A stretch of DNA of 60,176 bases from a virus (IMGVR_UViG_3300030451_001785:1-60176), one strand, 5' to 3'. Shown: positions 46,720-54,993, counted from the stretch's first letter. The notes: generated from the letters alone by a model not told the origin. Program-made: numbers and translations.

Positions 46720-46994
46720 AACAAATTCTTTTGCTACAAAGATAGTAAAAATTTATTAAGTATATGCACTGTTTATGCTCCCCCCCATCTCACGCTGCTG
46801 CACCCTCTACCGAAAACGATTTTTTTCTTGGGGGGTGGGGGTCACATTTTGTCCTTGCATCTAGACTTTTTTAGCTTTTTGTGTGTGACCTGTTGACTAG
46901 GTAGAGGAACGACCTGTTCCTCTCCCTCTTTCCCTCTCTCGTTACACGATTCACTCCCTATCACCCTTCCCTTACAGAGACCTTCCCTCGGTCA

Positions 46995-47010
46995 GTGTCT
47001 TTGAAGACAC
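46995..47010. repeat. 16-bp palindrome copy, intergenic
   Basis: GTGTCTTTGAAGACAC flanked by GAGAC(C)TTCCCTC direct repeats. Confidence 0.95.
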
Positions 47011-47112
47011 AAAGAGACTTCCCTCAACCACTGAACGAAAGTTTTTGAGCATAAACAAAACATAGTATTCTTCGAGGAATAGAAAAAAAATAAAAGAAAA
47101 TTGAAATTAGCC

Positions 47113-47143
47113 ATTGTCAATTGAAAGAAATAGACTATATTTG
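47113..47143 (+). promoter_or_regulatory. Early promoter, Bacteroidetes type
   Basis: ATTG-N19-TATATTTG upstream of the first plus-arm gene. Confidence 0.6.
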
Positions 47144-47224
47144 AAAAAGATATGAACGAGATGACAGCCCTAAAACAATGTAACTGCTTGATTCTCAATT
47201 GTTTAACTAAATAAAATCAAAATT

Positions 47225-47869
47225 ATGAGTACATTACTCCCAATCGAAACTGCGTTCCTCAATTCAACAGAGATTAAGAACGCTTTGAAACTTACTGAAG
47301 TAAAACGAGTTCAGAGAAGTATCAACAATGCTCACAAGAGCAAATTCAATCACACAACTAAACTAGCTACGCTAATCGGACAGGCAGTGCAATGGTTCGA
47401 TAGTGAAGAGGGTAGAGAGAAGTTCAGAGAAGAGGGTATTGAATGGTCAAAAGCCGAGTTCGGACAGAAGACTTTTGGATATCAGAAATCATTCTTCTAC
47501 AAGCTAGTTAAGGTTGCTAACCTTGACCCAAGAATACTTGATGCATTCAACACCAAGTGCGATGAAATTGGACAGGATGCAAACAGAAGTATTGCAGGGT
47601 TGCTTGAGTTCTCAAGAGATGTAAACCTTGATGCGATAGAGATATCAGAAGATGCAACTGAAGAAGAGGTTGCTATGGTACAACAAGAGGCAATTGACTC
47701 TACTCCTGTAGAACAGGAAAGAACAAATTACTTATTCGTTATGACCTACAAAAATCCTCAAGGAAACAACTTGTCAGTTCGAGTAGATGACCAAGGAAAT
47801 GTAAGTGGAAATAACCTAGAAGAAATTGCTAATGCAATTCAGTTCTTACAAAATTCAATTAATCAATAA
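47225..47869 (+). CDS. Hypothetical first early protein
   Basis: 214 aa preceded by an AAAATCAAAATT leader. Confidence 0.75.
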   Translation: MSTLLPIETAFLNSTEIKNALKLTEVKRVQRSINNAHKSKFNHTTKLATLIGQAVQWFDSEEGREKFREEGIEWSKAEFGQKTFGYQKSFFYKLVKVANLDPRILDAFNTKCDEIGQDANRSIAGLLEFSRDVNLDAIEISEDATEEEVAMVQQEAIDSTPVEQERTNYLFVMTYKNPQGNNLSVRVDDQGNVSGNNLEEIANAIQFLQNSINQ

Positions 47870-47872
47870 TCA

Positions 47873-47888
47873 GTGTCTTCAAAGACAC
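47873..47888. repeat. 16-bp palindrome copy, intergenic
   Basis: GTGTCTTCAAAGACAC. Confidence 0.95.
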
Positions 47889-47905
47889 ACAATACCACAG
47901 ATAAA

Positions 47906-48847
47906 ATGACAAATGAAATCACATACGAAATCTCTAACGAGTACGGAAGAAACCGAGTTCAGAGATACCACGGAACACCAAGTCCTAGAAACCTTTCTAA
48001 AGGTGCTAAATCTAGCGATATTGCTAACTTGAAGTCTGCATCCAAGAGAAACCTAATTGAGTTAGGTAATGGCGATGTAGATAGCAAGTTCACTATTGGA
48101 ATGGAAGTAGAGAAGAGTAGACTATCAAGAGGTGCAGTAAAAGAATACCCACTCTTCTGTGGGTTTGAAAGAGACTCCTCTTGTGGCTATGAAGCTATTA
48201 CTAATATCATACCTTTACTACCTAGTGGTAAGTGGCGAAACAAAGTGTTCAATATGATGTTTGAAGCTAGAAAAATCATTGAAGACCAATACTCTCCTAG
48301 TGACAGGAGATGTGGTGGTCACATTACTCTAGCAGTTCAAGGTATGACAGGTGCAGAGGTTATGTCTGCTATTCGTAAGAATTGTGGAATAGTTCACTCT
48401 CTGTTCTTCAAGAGGTTGAACAATGGGTACTGCCGAAACAATATGACTATGCTACCTAGCGACCAAGAGATGATGAATGGTGGTGGAAGATACCAAGTCT
48501 GTCTAGACAAGGGTAACACTATCGAGTTCAGAGTAGTGTCAAGGTTTCAATCTGTAAAGCAGATGATGAGAAGATACGAGTTATTCTATGAGTTACTTGA
48601 CTTTAGCATCAACAATCCAAATGGAAACCACAATACATTCCTCAAGAGAATCACTCCAATTGTCAAGTCTATGTACAATGGCGATATGGACAAAGTGAAT
48701 GAGAAGTTAGAGTTAGCAAAGCATTTCAGAACGATGATACTGAAGAACAAAGTGAATCGTAATGTAATCAACTATGTTGACCCAATGCGAAGACTTGACC
48801 CACAAAAATGGTACGACAGAGACCTTAACAGAAATGGGTATAGGTAA
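47906..48847 (+). CDS. Putative amidoligase (COOH-NH2 ligase type 2)
   Basis: TIGMEVE, ERDSS..YE, CGGHI and TIEFR motifs; ATG at 47906 preferred over the GTG inside the palindrome. Confidence 0.75.
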   Translation: MTNEITYEISNEYGRNRVQRYHGTPSPRNLSKGAKSSDIANLKSASKRNLIELGNGDVDSKFTIGMEVEKSRLSRGAVKEYPLFCGFERDSSCGYEAITNIIPLLPSGKWRNKVFNMMFEARKIIEDQYSPSDRRCGGHITLAVQGMTGAEVMSAIRKNCGIVHSLFFKRLNNGYCRNNMTMLPSDQEMMNGGGRYQVCLDKGNTIEFRVVSRFQSVKQMMRRYELFYELLDFSINNPNGNHNTFLKRITPIVKSMYNGDMDKVNEKLELAKHFRTMILKNKVNRNVINYVDPMRRLDPQKWYDRDLNRNGYR

Positions 48848-48855
48848 TCAATCAA

Positions 48856-48883
48856 AGGGTAGTGTCTTTAAAGACACTATCCT
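48856..48883 (+). repeat. Hairpin with palindrome core 48862..48877
   Basis: AGGGTAGTGTCT-TTAA-AGACACTATCCT with one G-U pair. Confidence 0.9.
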
Positions 48884-48933
48884 CTGTCTATCGGTGTGTG
48901 CCGATACTGATGTGTTCAAAAGAACGAAACAGA
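48883..48933 (+). ncRNA. Type III hammerhead ribozyme, variant core
   Basis: UCUGUC | UAUCGG-UGUGUG-CCGAUA CUGAUGU GUUC-AAAA-GAAC GAAA CAGA: three paired stems, GUC cleavage triplet, U instead of A at core position 9. Confidence 0.8.
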
Positions 48934-48957
48934 AACATTAATTTAATTTAAATCATT

Positions 48958-49209
48958 ATGAAAAACACAATTAAAAAAATCGGTTTGTATACAGAATCAA
49001 GTCTGTATGTATTAGTAACATTAGGAGTTTACTCCTGTATCATTAGGTTGTTTGCACATATTATTATGGAAGACCTACGAGAAGTTAATAGTATCAGTGG
49101 AATCCTAGCTATCGTTTTGGTAGTAGGTTTCTGTACATTCTGTGCTATTGCAACAGGCAGTCTTTTGGTTGCAGAAATCAAAGAGAGACACAAGAAGTTT
49201 AACCAATAA
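48958..49209 (+). CDS. Two-TM membrane protein
   Basis: Two hydrophobic helices with basic termini. Confidence 0.7.
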   Translation: MKNTIKKIGLYTESSLYVLVTLGVYSCIIRLFAHIIMEDLREVNSISGILAIVLVVGFCTFCAIATGSLLVAEIKERHKKFNQ

Positions 49210-49220
49210 AATTAAATCAA

Positions 49221-49721
49221 ATGGAAAAGTTTATATGGACAGATGAATCTGTCAAAGCATTCGTACAAGTGTATTCAAGTAACTTTAATTCAAAGCTACT
49301 GAAAGATAGTGCAGTCACTTACAAAAACTATGCAGGGAAAAAGATAGATGAAAAGGTAGAGCAGTTTAAAAGAGACTACATTAAACCAAGAGGAATGTAT
49401 GTAGTCCTCTTGCAGTTCGATACTCATAAGATAACTTATGGAACGAACAGAGGGCAGTGGGTAGTTCGTAAAGAGTTCAATGACCTAAAGCATTGCAACA
49501 ACTTTATTGACTATATCTGTCGCAAGAAAGGATACTCACTTGATGAGATGTGGTACGAATCAGGATACCCATTTAACGAGGGCGACAAGTATTATACCAT
49601 CGAAGATAAACAGATAGTGGAATCTTGGTGGGATGATGAGTCAGAGGCATTGTTTGACAAAGACAAGTTATACTTTGCGACAATGGAGGATGCAGAGTAT
49701 TACAGAGAGAGTATTGTTTAA
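49221..49721 (+). CDS. Hypothetical early protein
   Basis: 166 aa with an AAATCAA leader. Confidence 0.7.
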   Translation: MEKFIWTDESVKAFVQVYSSNFNSKLLKDSAVTYKNYAGKKIDEKVEQFKRDYIKPRGMYVVLLQFDTHKITYGTNRGQWVVRKEFNDLKHCNNFIDYICRKKGYSLDEMWYESGYPFNEGDKYYTIEDKQIVESWWDDESEALFDKDKLYFATMEDAEYYRESIV

Positions 49722-49745
49722 TCTGTGGTAGATTAAATGTGAATG

Positions 49746-49779
49746 GAGGGTAGTGTCTTCAAAGACACTGCTCTCTTTT
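49746..49779 (+). terminator. Terminator-like hairpin with palindrome core 49753..49768
   Basis: GAGGGTAGTGTCT-TCAA-AGACACTGCTCTC-TTTT with two G-U pairs. Confidence 0.65.
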
Positions 49780-49802
49780 CTTACCACACAAAATTTAAAA
49801 CT

Positions 49803-50117
49803 ATGACTAAAAGAGAACAAATAATTAAAGAGTTAACAAGAAGAATGCAGATAGCTAAAGACACTCAAGCTATAGGCAGAGAAAAATATCTAGCTACACT
49901 TATAGATGGTGTGAAGAATGAGTTCAAACCTGCTTATCTAGAATCAGACAAAGGGAAGAAGTATAGTACCTGCTTTGACAATATGGAGACCTGTGGTTGT
50001 GAGACAAGTCAACTTGAATGGTGGAATTACTTTGGCGATTATGTCGAGCATCATAGACCAACTTGTTACAACAACGCATTGGAATACGCAGACGAACAAG
50101 AACAAAAAAATAAATAA
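49803..50117 (+). CDS. Hypothetical early protein
   Basis: Start MTKREQ preferred; the listed start at 49743 would read through the hairpin. Confidence 0.65.
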   Translation: MTKREQIIKELTRRMQIAKDTQAIGREKYLATLIDGVKNEFKPAYLESDKGKKYSTCFDNMETCGCETSQLEWWNYFGDYVEHHRPTCYNNALEYADEQEQKNK

Positions 50118-50120
50118 GAT

Positions 50121-50282
50121 ATGGAAGAGCAAAGATATTATCAGTTATACTACAAAGGGAAACCTTTGTTTATGCAATTAGGTTATTCAGTCTACCACGC
50201 AATAGACCAAGCTTATAGTATGCTTATAGGCAACGGTCACAAGGTTGACCGTAAAGACTTGACTGCAAAAAAGTTACGGTAG
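50121..50282 (+). CDS. 53-aa hypothetical protein (not in the ORF track)
   Basis: Hand translation MEEQRYYQLYYKGKPLFMQLGYSVYHAIDQAY...; fills the gap exactly. Confidence 0.55.
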   Translation: MEEQRYYQLYYKGKPLFMQLGYSVYHAIDQAYSMLIGNGHKVDRKDLTAKKLR

Positions 50283-50284
50283 GA

Positions 50285-50316
50285 TTTGGATATGTCTAAA
50301 TTTTGTCGTATATTTG
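50285..50316 (+). promoter_or_regulatory. Bacteroidetes consensus promoter
   Basis: TTTG-N20-TATATTTG matches the -33/-7 consensus. Confidence 0.8.
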
Positions 50317-50343
50317 TTTAAATTAATTATTAATCAGAGTTCT

Positions 50344-50359
50344 GTGTCTTCAAAGACAC
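50344..50359. repeat. 16-bp palindrome copy in 5' leader
   Basis: GTGTCTTCAAAGACAC between the promoter and the ATG at 50381. Confidence 0.95.
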
Positions 50360-50380
50360 TGCTCACAAATCAAATCAATT

Positions 50381-51460
50381 ATGTGCGTTATTATTATAAA
50401 GCAAAAAGACAATGTAATGTCGAAAGAGGTAGCCAAAACCTCATCAAGAATTAATCCTCACGGATTAGGAATAATTTGGTTAGATACTTTTGAAGTCGAG
50501 TATCACAAATCAAAAGACTATCACAAGCTACTAACAAAGAGACCATTCATTGCTCACTTTCGTTATGCTACCAAAGGTAAAATCAACAGAGCCAACACGC
50601 ATCCATTTGTGTGTGGTAACAACAAGGATGAATACCTTATGCACAATGGAACAATACAAGGTATGGGCAACAAAGAATGTTGCGATAGCAAGATGTTAGC
50701 CAACAAGCTTGGAACAATCAATCGTATGCATTGGAAAAAAGAGTTAGAACAATACGACTCAAGGTTTGTGTCGGTCAATGTTCGCACTCGTTCATTCCAA
50801 ATCTACAACAGGAATCTCTATACTTACAGGGATGGCATTTGGTATTCAAAAGCCAATGTATTACAGGACAATCTTATCGCAGTGTATGGTACACTAAAGA
50901 AAGGTTATGGTAATTACTATGCGTATCTAACAAACGCAAAGCACCTTGGTCGGGGAACAACTAAAGACAAATATCCTTTGGTTGTTTCGGGTCTACCATA
51001 TTTGGTGGATGAAAAAGGCAGAGGTCACAATGTGGTTGTTGATGTGTTCAAAGTATCTGATGCACAACTACAAAGGGTTGACCAACTTGAAGGTCATCCT
51101 CGTTGGTACAAGCGAAAGCAAATAGATATCAAACTAAAGAATCGTACCTTGAAGTGTTGGATATATTTCAATCCACAAGTAATCACAAGCACGACACAAC
51201 TGCACAGGTCTTTTGAAAGAACTGCAAGACCAACGCAACAGGTGTTTACATTCCAAGATGTTGAGCCAACTTATGATACCACAGAGTTTCACGAGGCAAT
51301 AGATATTGGTTGGGATGATAACGACTTTCCAACAGACCAAACACCAACTTGTATTGACTGCTTTAATGACTTGGAACACGATGCGTTCCACAACTACTAC
51401 TGCTCATCCTGTGGTGGTTGGTTTAAGGAAGATGAAGTGTTGAGGTTTAACGAAGAATAA
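50381..51460 (+). CDS. Class II glutamine amidotransferase / gamma-glutamylcyclotransferase / Zn-ribbon fusion
   Basis: N-terminal MC, NPHGLG, HFRYAT, THPF, MHNG, DS; then AVYGTLKKG and DQLEG; C-terminal CxxC...CxxC. Confidence 0.85.
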   Translation: MCVIIIKQKDNVMSKEVAKTSSRINPHGLGIIWLDTFEVEYHKSKDYHKLLTKRPFIAHFRYATKGKINRANTHPFVCGNNKDEYLMHNGTIQGMGNKECCDSKMLANKLGTINRMHWKKELEQYDSRFVSVNVRTRSFQIYNRNLYTYRDGIWYSKANVLQDNLIAVYGTLKKGYGNYYAYLTNAKHLGRGTTKDKYPLVVSGLPYLVDEKGRGHNVVVDVFKVSDAQLQRVDQLEGHPRWYKRKQIDIKLKNRTLKCWIYFNPQVITSTTQLHRSFERTARPTQQVFTFQDVEPTYDTTEFHEAIDIGWDDNDFPTDQTPTCIDCFNDLEHDAFHNYYCSSCGGWFKEDEVLRFNEE

Positions 51461-51543
51461 TATTAATCAGAGGGGTGGTGTCTGTAACGAGAGGATTCAC
51501 ACACTACAAACAAGCAGACCCACTCCTCATAAAATCAAATCAA

Positions 51544-51828
51544 ATGAAAGTAAAAATTCAAAACCGTAGTGTCTATCACAAATTCGCAGAAGTAGAAATA
51601 GAGATAGACGAAAATAAATTAAAAGAGTACACCGATTCAGGTGCAACTATTCAGGATTATCTGTTTGACCATTCAAATTTGTATGATGATAAAATAGACA
51701 AGGCAATTAGCGAGGCAAACTTTGAGTATGGTAGTGGGATAGATGACTACCGAGGTATGGTAGATGAACTAGACTCATCTGAATGGAGGTTTGAATGCGA
51801 GGACTTAAAAATGGGTGGACACCTATAG
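51544..51828 (+). CDS. Hypothetical early protein
   Basis: Start MKVKIQ after AAAATCAAATCAA preferred over 51475. Confidence 0.65.
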   Translation: MKVKIQNRSVYHKFAEVEIEIDENKLKEYTDSGATIQDYLFDHSNLYDDKIDKAISEANFEYGSGIDDYRGMVDELDSSEWRFECEDLKMGGHL

Positions 51829-51842
51829 TATTAATCAGAGGG

Positions 51843-51858
51843 GTGTCTTCAAAGACAC
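51843..51858. repeat. 16-bp palindrome copy in leader hairpin
   Basis: GAGGG-GTGTCTTCAAAGACAC-TCCTC. Confidence 0.95.
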
Positions 51859-51879
51859 TCCTCATAAATCAAAATAAAA

Positions 51880-52131
51880 ATGGCAGACTTAAAAGAAATA
51901 TCAAGCGAAGACTTGAGACAAGAGTTAGAACTGAGAGGTTACTACACTCAAAACTTGTGGCACACAGATGATGTGATGCAGAACTATGATTGTAAATCAG
52001 AAGATGCACAAGAGTTACTAGACAGAGTAATGACAGGCGAATGGATAACCGAGCAAATATTTGTAGCGATAGATGAAGTAGCTAGTGGAATGATGGAACG
52101 CAGATTTGCACCTAAAAATATAAACCAATGA
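51880..52131 (+). CDS. Hypothetical acidic early protein
   Basis: 83-aa ORF. Confidence 0.65.
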   Translation: MADLKEISSEDLRQELELRGYYTQNLWHTDDVMQNYDCKSEDAQELLDRVMTGEWITEQIFVAIDEVASGMMERRFAPKNINQ

Positions 52132-52442
52132 TACATATAACTGACGACCATTTTGTTTGGCTCGATGTGACAGACAGAATGAAATATGGAATGAAAATGA
52201 TTGAAGAGATATGGCTCGGTCACGAGTTGTATGAAGTTACAGAAGAGGGAAGAGATAGTTTAATAGAAGATGTAGACTTAATCAAACCTGCTATCGCAAG
52301 AGGTAGCAGGATTTGTATTGAGGTAGGACACCTACCAAAACACTACCATCCAAAACAAACTTGGGATGGAACAGACAAGAAACTTATTGATGGATATTGG
52401 TATGTAAAAATGTCTGATTTAAATTTGGTGGGGTCTAAATAA
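52128..52442 (+). CDS. Hypothetical early protein
   Basis: 104 aa, ATGA-coupled. Confidence 0.65.
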   Translation: MIHITDDHFVWLDVTDRMKYGMKMIEEIWLGHELYEVTEEGRDSLIEDVDLIKPAIARGSRICIEVGHLPKHYHPKQTWDGTDKKLIDGYWYVKMSDLNLVGSK

Positions 52443-52455
52443 TTTCGTACTTTAG
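52424..52455 (+). promoter_or_regulatory. Bacteroidetes-type promoter, variant -7
   Basis: TTTG-N20-TACTTTAG. Confidence 0.5.
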
Positions 52456-52478
52456 TATAAATTAAAATCAATTTTATT

Positions 52479-52865
52479 ATGAAAAAAAATATGAGACATC
52501 TGCAAAATGAACACCTCATCAAAATGAAACTAGAGGGTGCAGATAAAAAGAAAATTCAAAAGGTTCAACAAGCAATTGATAGAGATACTTATGGTGTAAA
52601 ACAATACCGTACAACACGGGATAAGTATACCGTTAATGAGTTCATCAATCGTTGGGCGAACCCACCATTTATTCCACGCAGAAGTGTGGCAGTTTACTTA
52701 TACCTTGGACACAACTATATCTTTGAAATAGAGACAGGTAAGAAAAAAGATGATGTAAGTTTAGAGTTCCAATGGACAGACCACGATGGTAAGGTGTGGA
52801 AGTACAAAACTTTGCAGGGTGCAGAGAAACGAATGTGTGATTACATATTCGATGTTAGTAATTAA
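52479..52865 (+). CDS. Hypothetical protein
   Basis: 128-aa ORF. Confidence 0.65.
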   Translation: MKKNMRHLQNEHLIKMKLEGADKKKIQKVQQAIDRDTYGVKQYRTTRDKYTVNEFINRWANPPFIPRRSVAVYLYLGHNYIFEIETGKKKDDVSLEFQWTDHDGKVWKYKTLQGAEKRMCDYIFDVSN

Positions 52866-52876
52866 AATCAAATCAA

Positions 52877-53125
52877 ATGACTTTTAAATTATTTCAAGAC
52901 TCTGGTATGATTTCTAAAACAGAAGTGCTATCAGACACAAGCAGACTCCATCGAGACACCACTGATGTTATTATCTATTTAGGTAGATACTACATTGAGA
53001 TGTTGAAGAATGGAAAGTTTTTGTACCGACCAAAAGGTACAGGTCAGGGCAAGAGGTCTAAGTTCTTGCATATTGTAGAACAATTTATGTACAATCAAAT
53101 CAATGAAGACGGAAGATTTAATTAA
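52877..53125 (+). CDS. Hypothetical protein
   Basis: 82 aa with an AAAATCAAATCAA leader. Confidence 0.65.
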   Translation: MTFKLFQDSGMISKTEVLSDTSRLHRDTTDVIIYLGRYYIEMLKNGKFLYRPKGTGQGKRSKFLHIVEQFMYNQINEDGRFN

Positions 53126-53393
53126 AGAAGTAGGCAGGGAAGTTGTAATGCTATTGCTAGAAAAGAACAAAGCTTATGGCGACACGGCTAATCAACCACC
53201 TAAAATTTTCAGTAAGCTTTCTGCAAAGGAAGGAATACTTGCAAGGATAGATGACAAGTTAAGCAGGATAAAAACCGTAGGCATCAATGATGAAACGGAG
53301 GATACTTTGCTAGACTTAATCGGATATCTAATTCTGTATAGAGTTCAGTGCAAAAAAGAAGAAGTGTCTTCAAAGACACAACAAAAAAGTTAG
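53103..53393 (+). CDS. DUF1599/Nmad1-like all-alpha nucleotide-modification-associated protein
   Basis: KNKAYGD...RIDDKLSR...EDTLLDLIGY. Confidence 0.75.
   Translation: MKTEDLIKEVGREVVMLLLEKNKAYGDTANQPPKIFSKLSAKEGILARIDDKLSRIKTVGINDETEDTLLDLIGYLILYRVQCKKEEVSSKTQQKS
53364..53379. repeat. 16-bp palindrome copy in 3' end of CDS
   Basis: GTGTCTTCAAAGACAC, encodes VSSKT. Confidence 0.95.
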
Positions 53394-53399
53394 ACAAAA

Positions 53400-53431
53400 T
53401 TTGGTCAAGTAATAAACTTTGACTATATTTA
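53400..53431 (+). promoter_or_regulatory. Bacteroidetes-type promoter, variant -7
   Basis: TTTG-N20-TATATTTA. Confidence 0.5.
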
Positions 53432-53466
53432 CAGACTATTTTTTATTAATCAAAATCAAATCAATT

Positions 53467-53670
53467 ATGGGTAAAATGAAAGAGGTGTTCCAAGAGGAAC
53501 AAGAGTCTCGTTCAGTTCAAGATAAGTTCTTGGATGAAGAATGGGAGATGCGAGTACGACAAGTACAAGAGCAACAAAGACAATTGTTAAACCAAATCTT
53601 TGAATCGTGGGGAGAAGTCTTCGGAGTCAAAGATGTTAAATCAAAATCAAATGAAGACAACCATTTTTAA
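53467..53670 (+). CDS. Hypothetical protein
   Basis: Start MGKMKE after the AATCAAAATCAAATCAATT leader. Confidence 0.6.
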   Translation: MGKMKEVFQEEQESRSVQDKFLDEEWEMRVRQVQEQQRQLLNQIFESWGEVFGVKDVKSKSNEDNHF

Positions 53671-53947
53671 TCAGTATGTAGACAAGGTTTGTTTTCTATT
53701 TAATGTAGACCGAGAGGTGTTATTTAGTAAAACAAAACGAAGGGATGTAGTAGATGCTAGGCAACTACTATATTATCTGTGTTCTCAAAGACCAATGAGG
53801 TTAGTTTACATTCAAGAGTATATGTCAGACAACGGTTACGAAATCAATCACAGTTCAATCCATCACGGAATATCTGTGGTCAAAAAGAAAATGGAAACCG
53901 ATAAGGATTATATATCTGAAGTGAATCTTATAGTAAATGAACGATAG
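53651..53947 (+). CDS. DnaA domain IV-like HTH protein
   Basis: LFSKTKRRDVVDARQLLYYLC...NHSSIHHG; start MKTTIF. Confidence 0.8.
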   Translation: MKTTIFNQYVDKVCFLFNVDREVLFSKTKRRDVVDARQLLYYLCSQRPMRLVYIQEYMSDNGYEINHSSIHHGISVVKKKMETDKDYISEVNLIVNER

Positions 53948-54380
53948 ATTATTAGAAGTATTTGAAGAGGCAACTAATGATGGTTATGCATTGAAGATGG
54001 ATGGTCACGGTTACCAATCACGAATGGTGTATGGTGTTAAGATTATCAAAGACAATGAAACTAATAGGGTTGACTTTCTAAATACAATGTTAGGTGGAGA
54101 CCACTACAAAAAACTTACATCAGAACAACTACAAAATTTTATAGATTATGGTTGGAGATATGGAGTTTATGTCTTATCTTTGTCTAACTATCGTTCAAAG
54201 CTTGACATCATAGAGAAACGAATACATAAGTTTATCAATGATAAAAAGTCAGAGAAGCAGATAAGAATATTAAAAGAGAGTAGGGAAAGAATCCTTGCTC
54301 GTTATAGTGAAATCAATTTTAAATTAAATCAATTAGATTATGGCAACAAAATCAACAACGAAGAAGCAGACAACATTTGA
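53937..54380 (+). CDS. Hypothetical protein
   Basis: 147-aa ORF. Confidence 0.65.
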   Translation: MNDRLLEVFEEATNDGYALKMDGHGYQSRMVYGVKIIKDNETNRVDFLNTMLGGDHYKKLTSEQLQNFIDYGWRYGVYVLSLSNYRSKLDIIEKRIHKFINDKKSEKQIRILKESRERILARYSEINFKLNQLDYGNKINNEEADNI

Positions 54381-54993
54381 GAAGCTATCTTCAATCAATG
54401 TAAATAAATTCATTGAGAAAAAGAACGGACTGAGTTATTTGTCTTGGGCGTATGCTTGGGCAGAAACAAAAAAGAATTGTCCTGATGCACAATACAAAAT
54501 CCTTGACACAACTTATGATGATGCGACAGGGTTTATGTGTCACACTGAAGTTACTATCGCAGGAGAAACATTAGCAATGTGGTTGCCTGTAATGGATAGT
54601 AAGAATCAGTCTATGAAAAAGCACAAGTATACTTACTCAACTAGGTATGGCGAGAAAGAAGTACAAGGTGCAACAACTACCGACATCAACAAGACTATTA
54701 TGAGATGCTTGACCAAGAACTTGGCGATGTTCGGATTAGGAATTTATATCTATGCAGGAGAGGATATGCCAATGGAAGAGACAAACGAAAAGGTTGTGTC
54801 TTCAAAGACACCACCTAAAAAAATGAGTGGTCATCCTCAACTTGAAATGGGTACAGAGAATTGGAAGAATGTAAGCAAGTTTGTTATCGAACATTCCAAA
54901 GACCTGAATCAAAAGCAATTGTTTGACAAGATTATGCTGAAGTATTCGCTGACTGCAACTACTAAAGCTGAACTTAAAAAGCTAATGAAATGA
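54340..54993 (+). CDS. Sak/Rad52-like single-strand annealing protein (DUF1071-like)
   Basis: EKKNGLSYLSWAYAW...WLPVMD...INKTIMRCLTKNLAMFGLGIYIYAGED. Confidence 0.9.
   Translation: MATKSTTKKQTTFEKLSSINVNKFIEKKNGLSYLSWAYAWAETKKNCPDAQYKILDTTYDDATGFMCHTEVTIAGETLAMWLPVMDSKNQSMKKHKYTYSTRYGEKEVQGATTTDINKTIMRCLTKNLAMFGLGIYIYAGEDMPMEETNEKVVSSKTPPKKMSGHPQLEMGTENWKNVSKFVIEHSKDLNQKQLFDKIMLKYSLTATTKAELKKLMK
54796..54811. repeat. 16-bp palindrome copy inside annealing-protein gene
   Basis: GTGTCTTCAAAGACAC, encodes VSSKT in a linker. Confidence 0.95.

Noticed and set aside
46992-47198. 68-aa minus-strand ORF in the divergence region
   Set aside because: It overlaps the early promoter and a palindrome, is Phe-rich and low in complexity; probably spurious.
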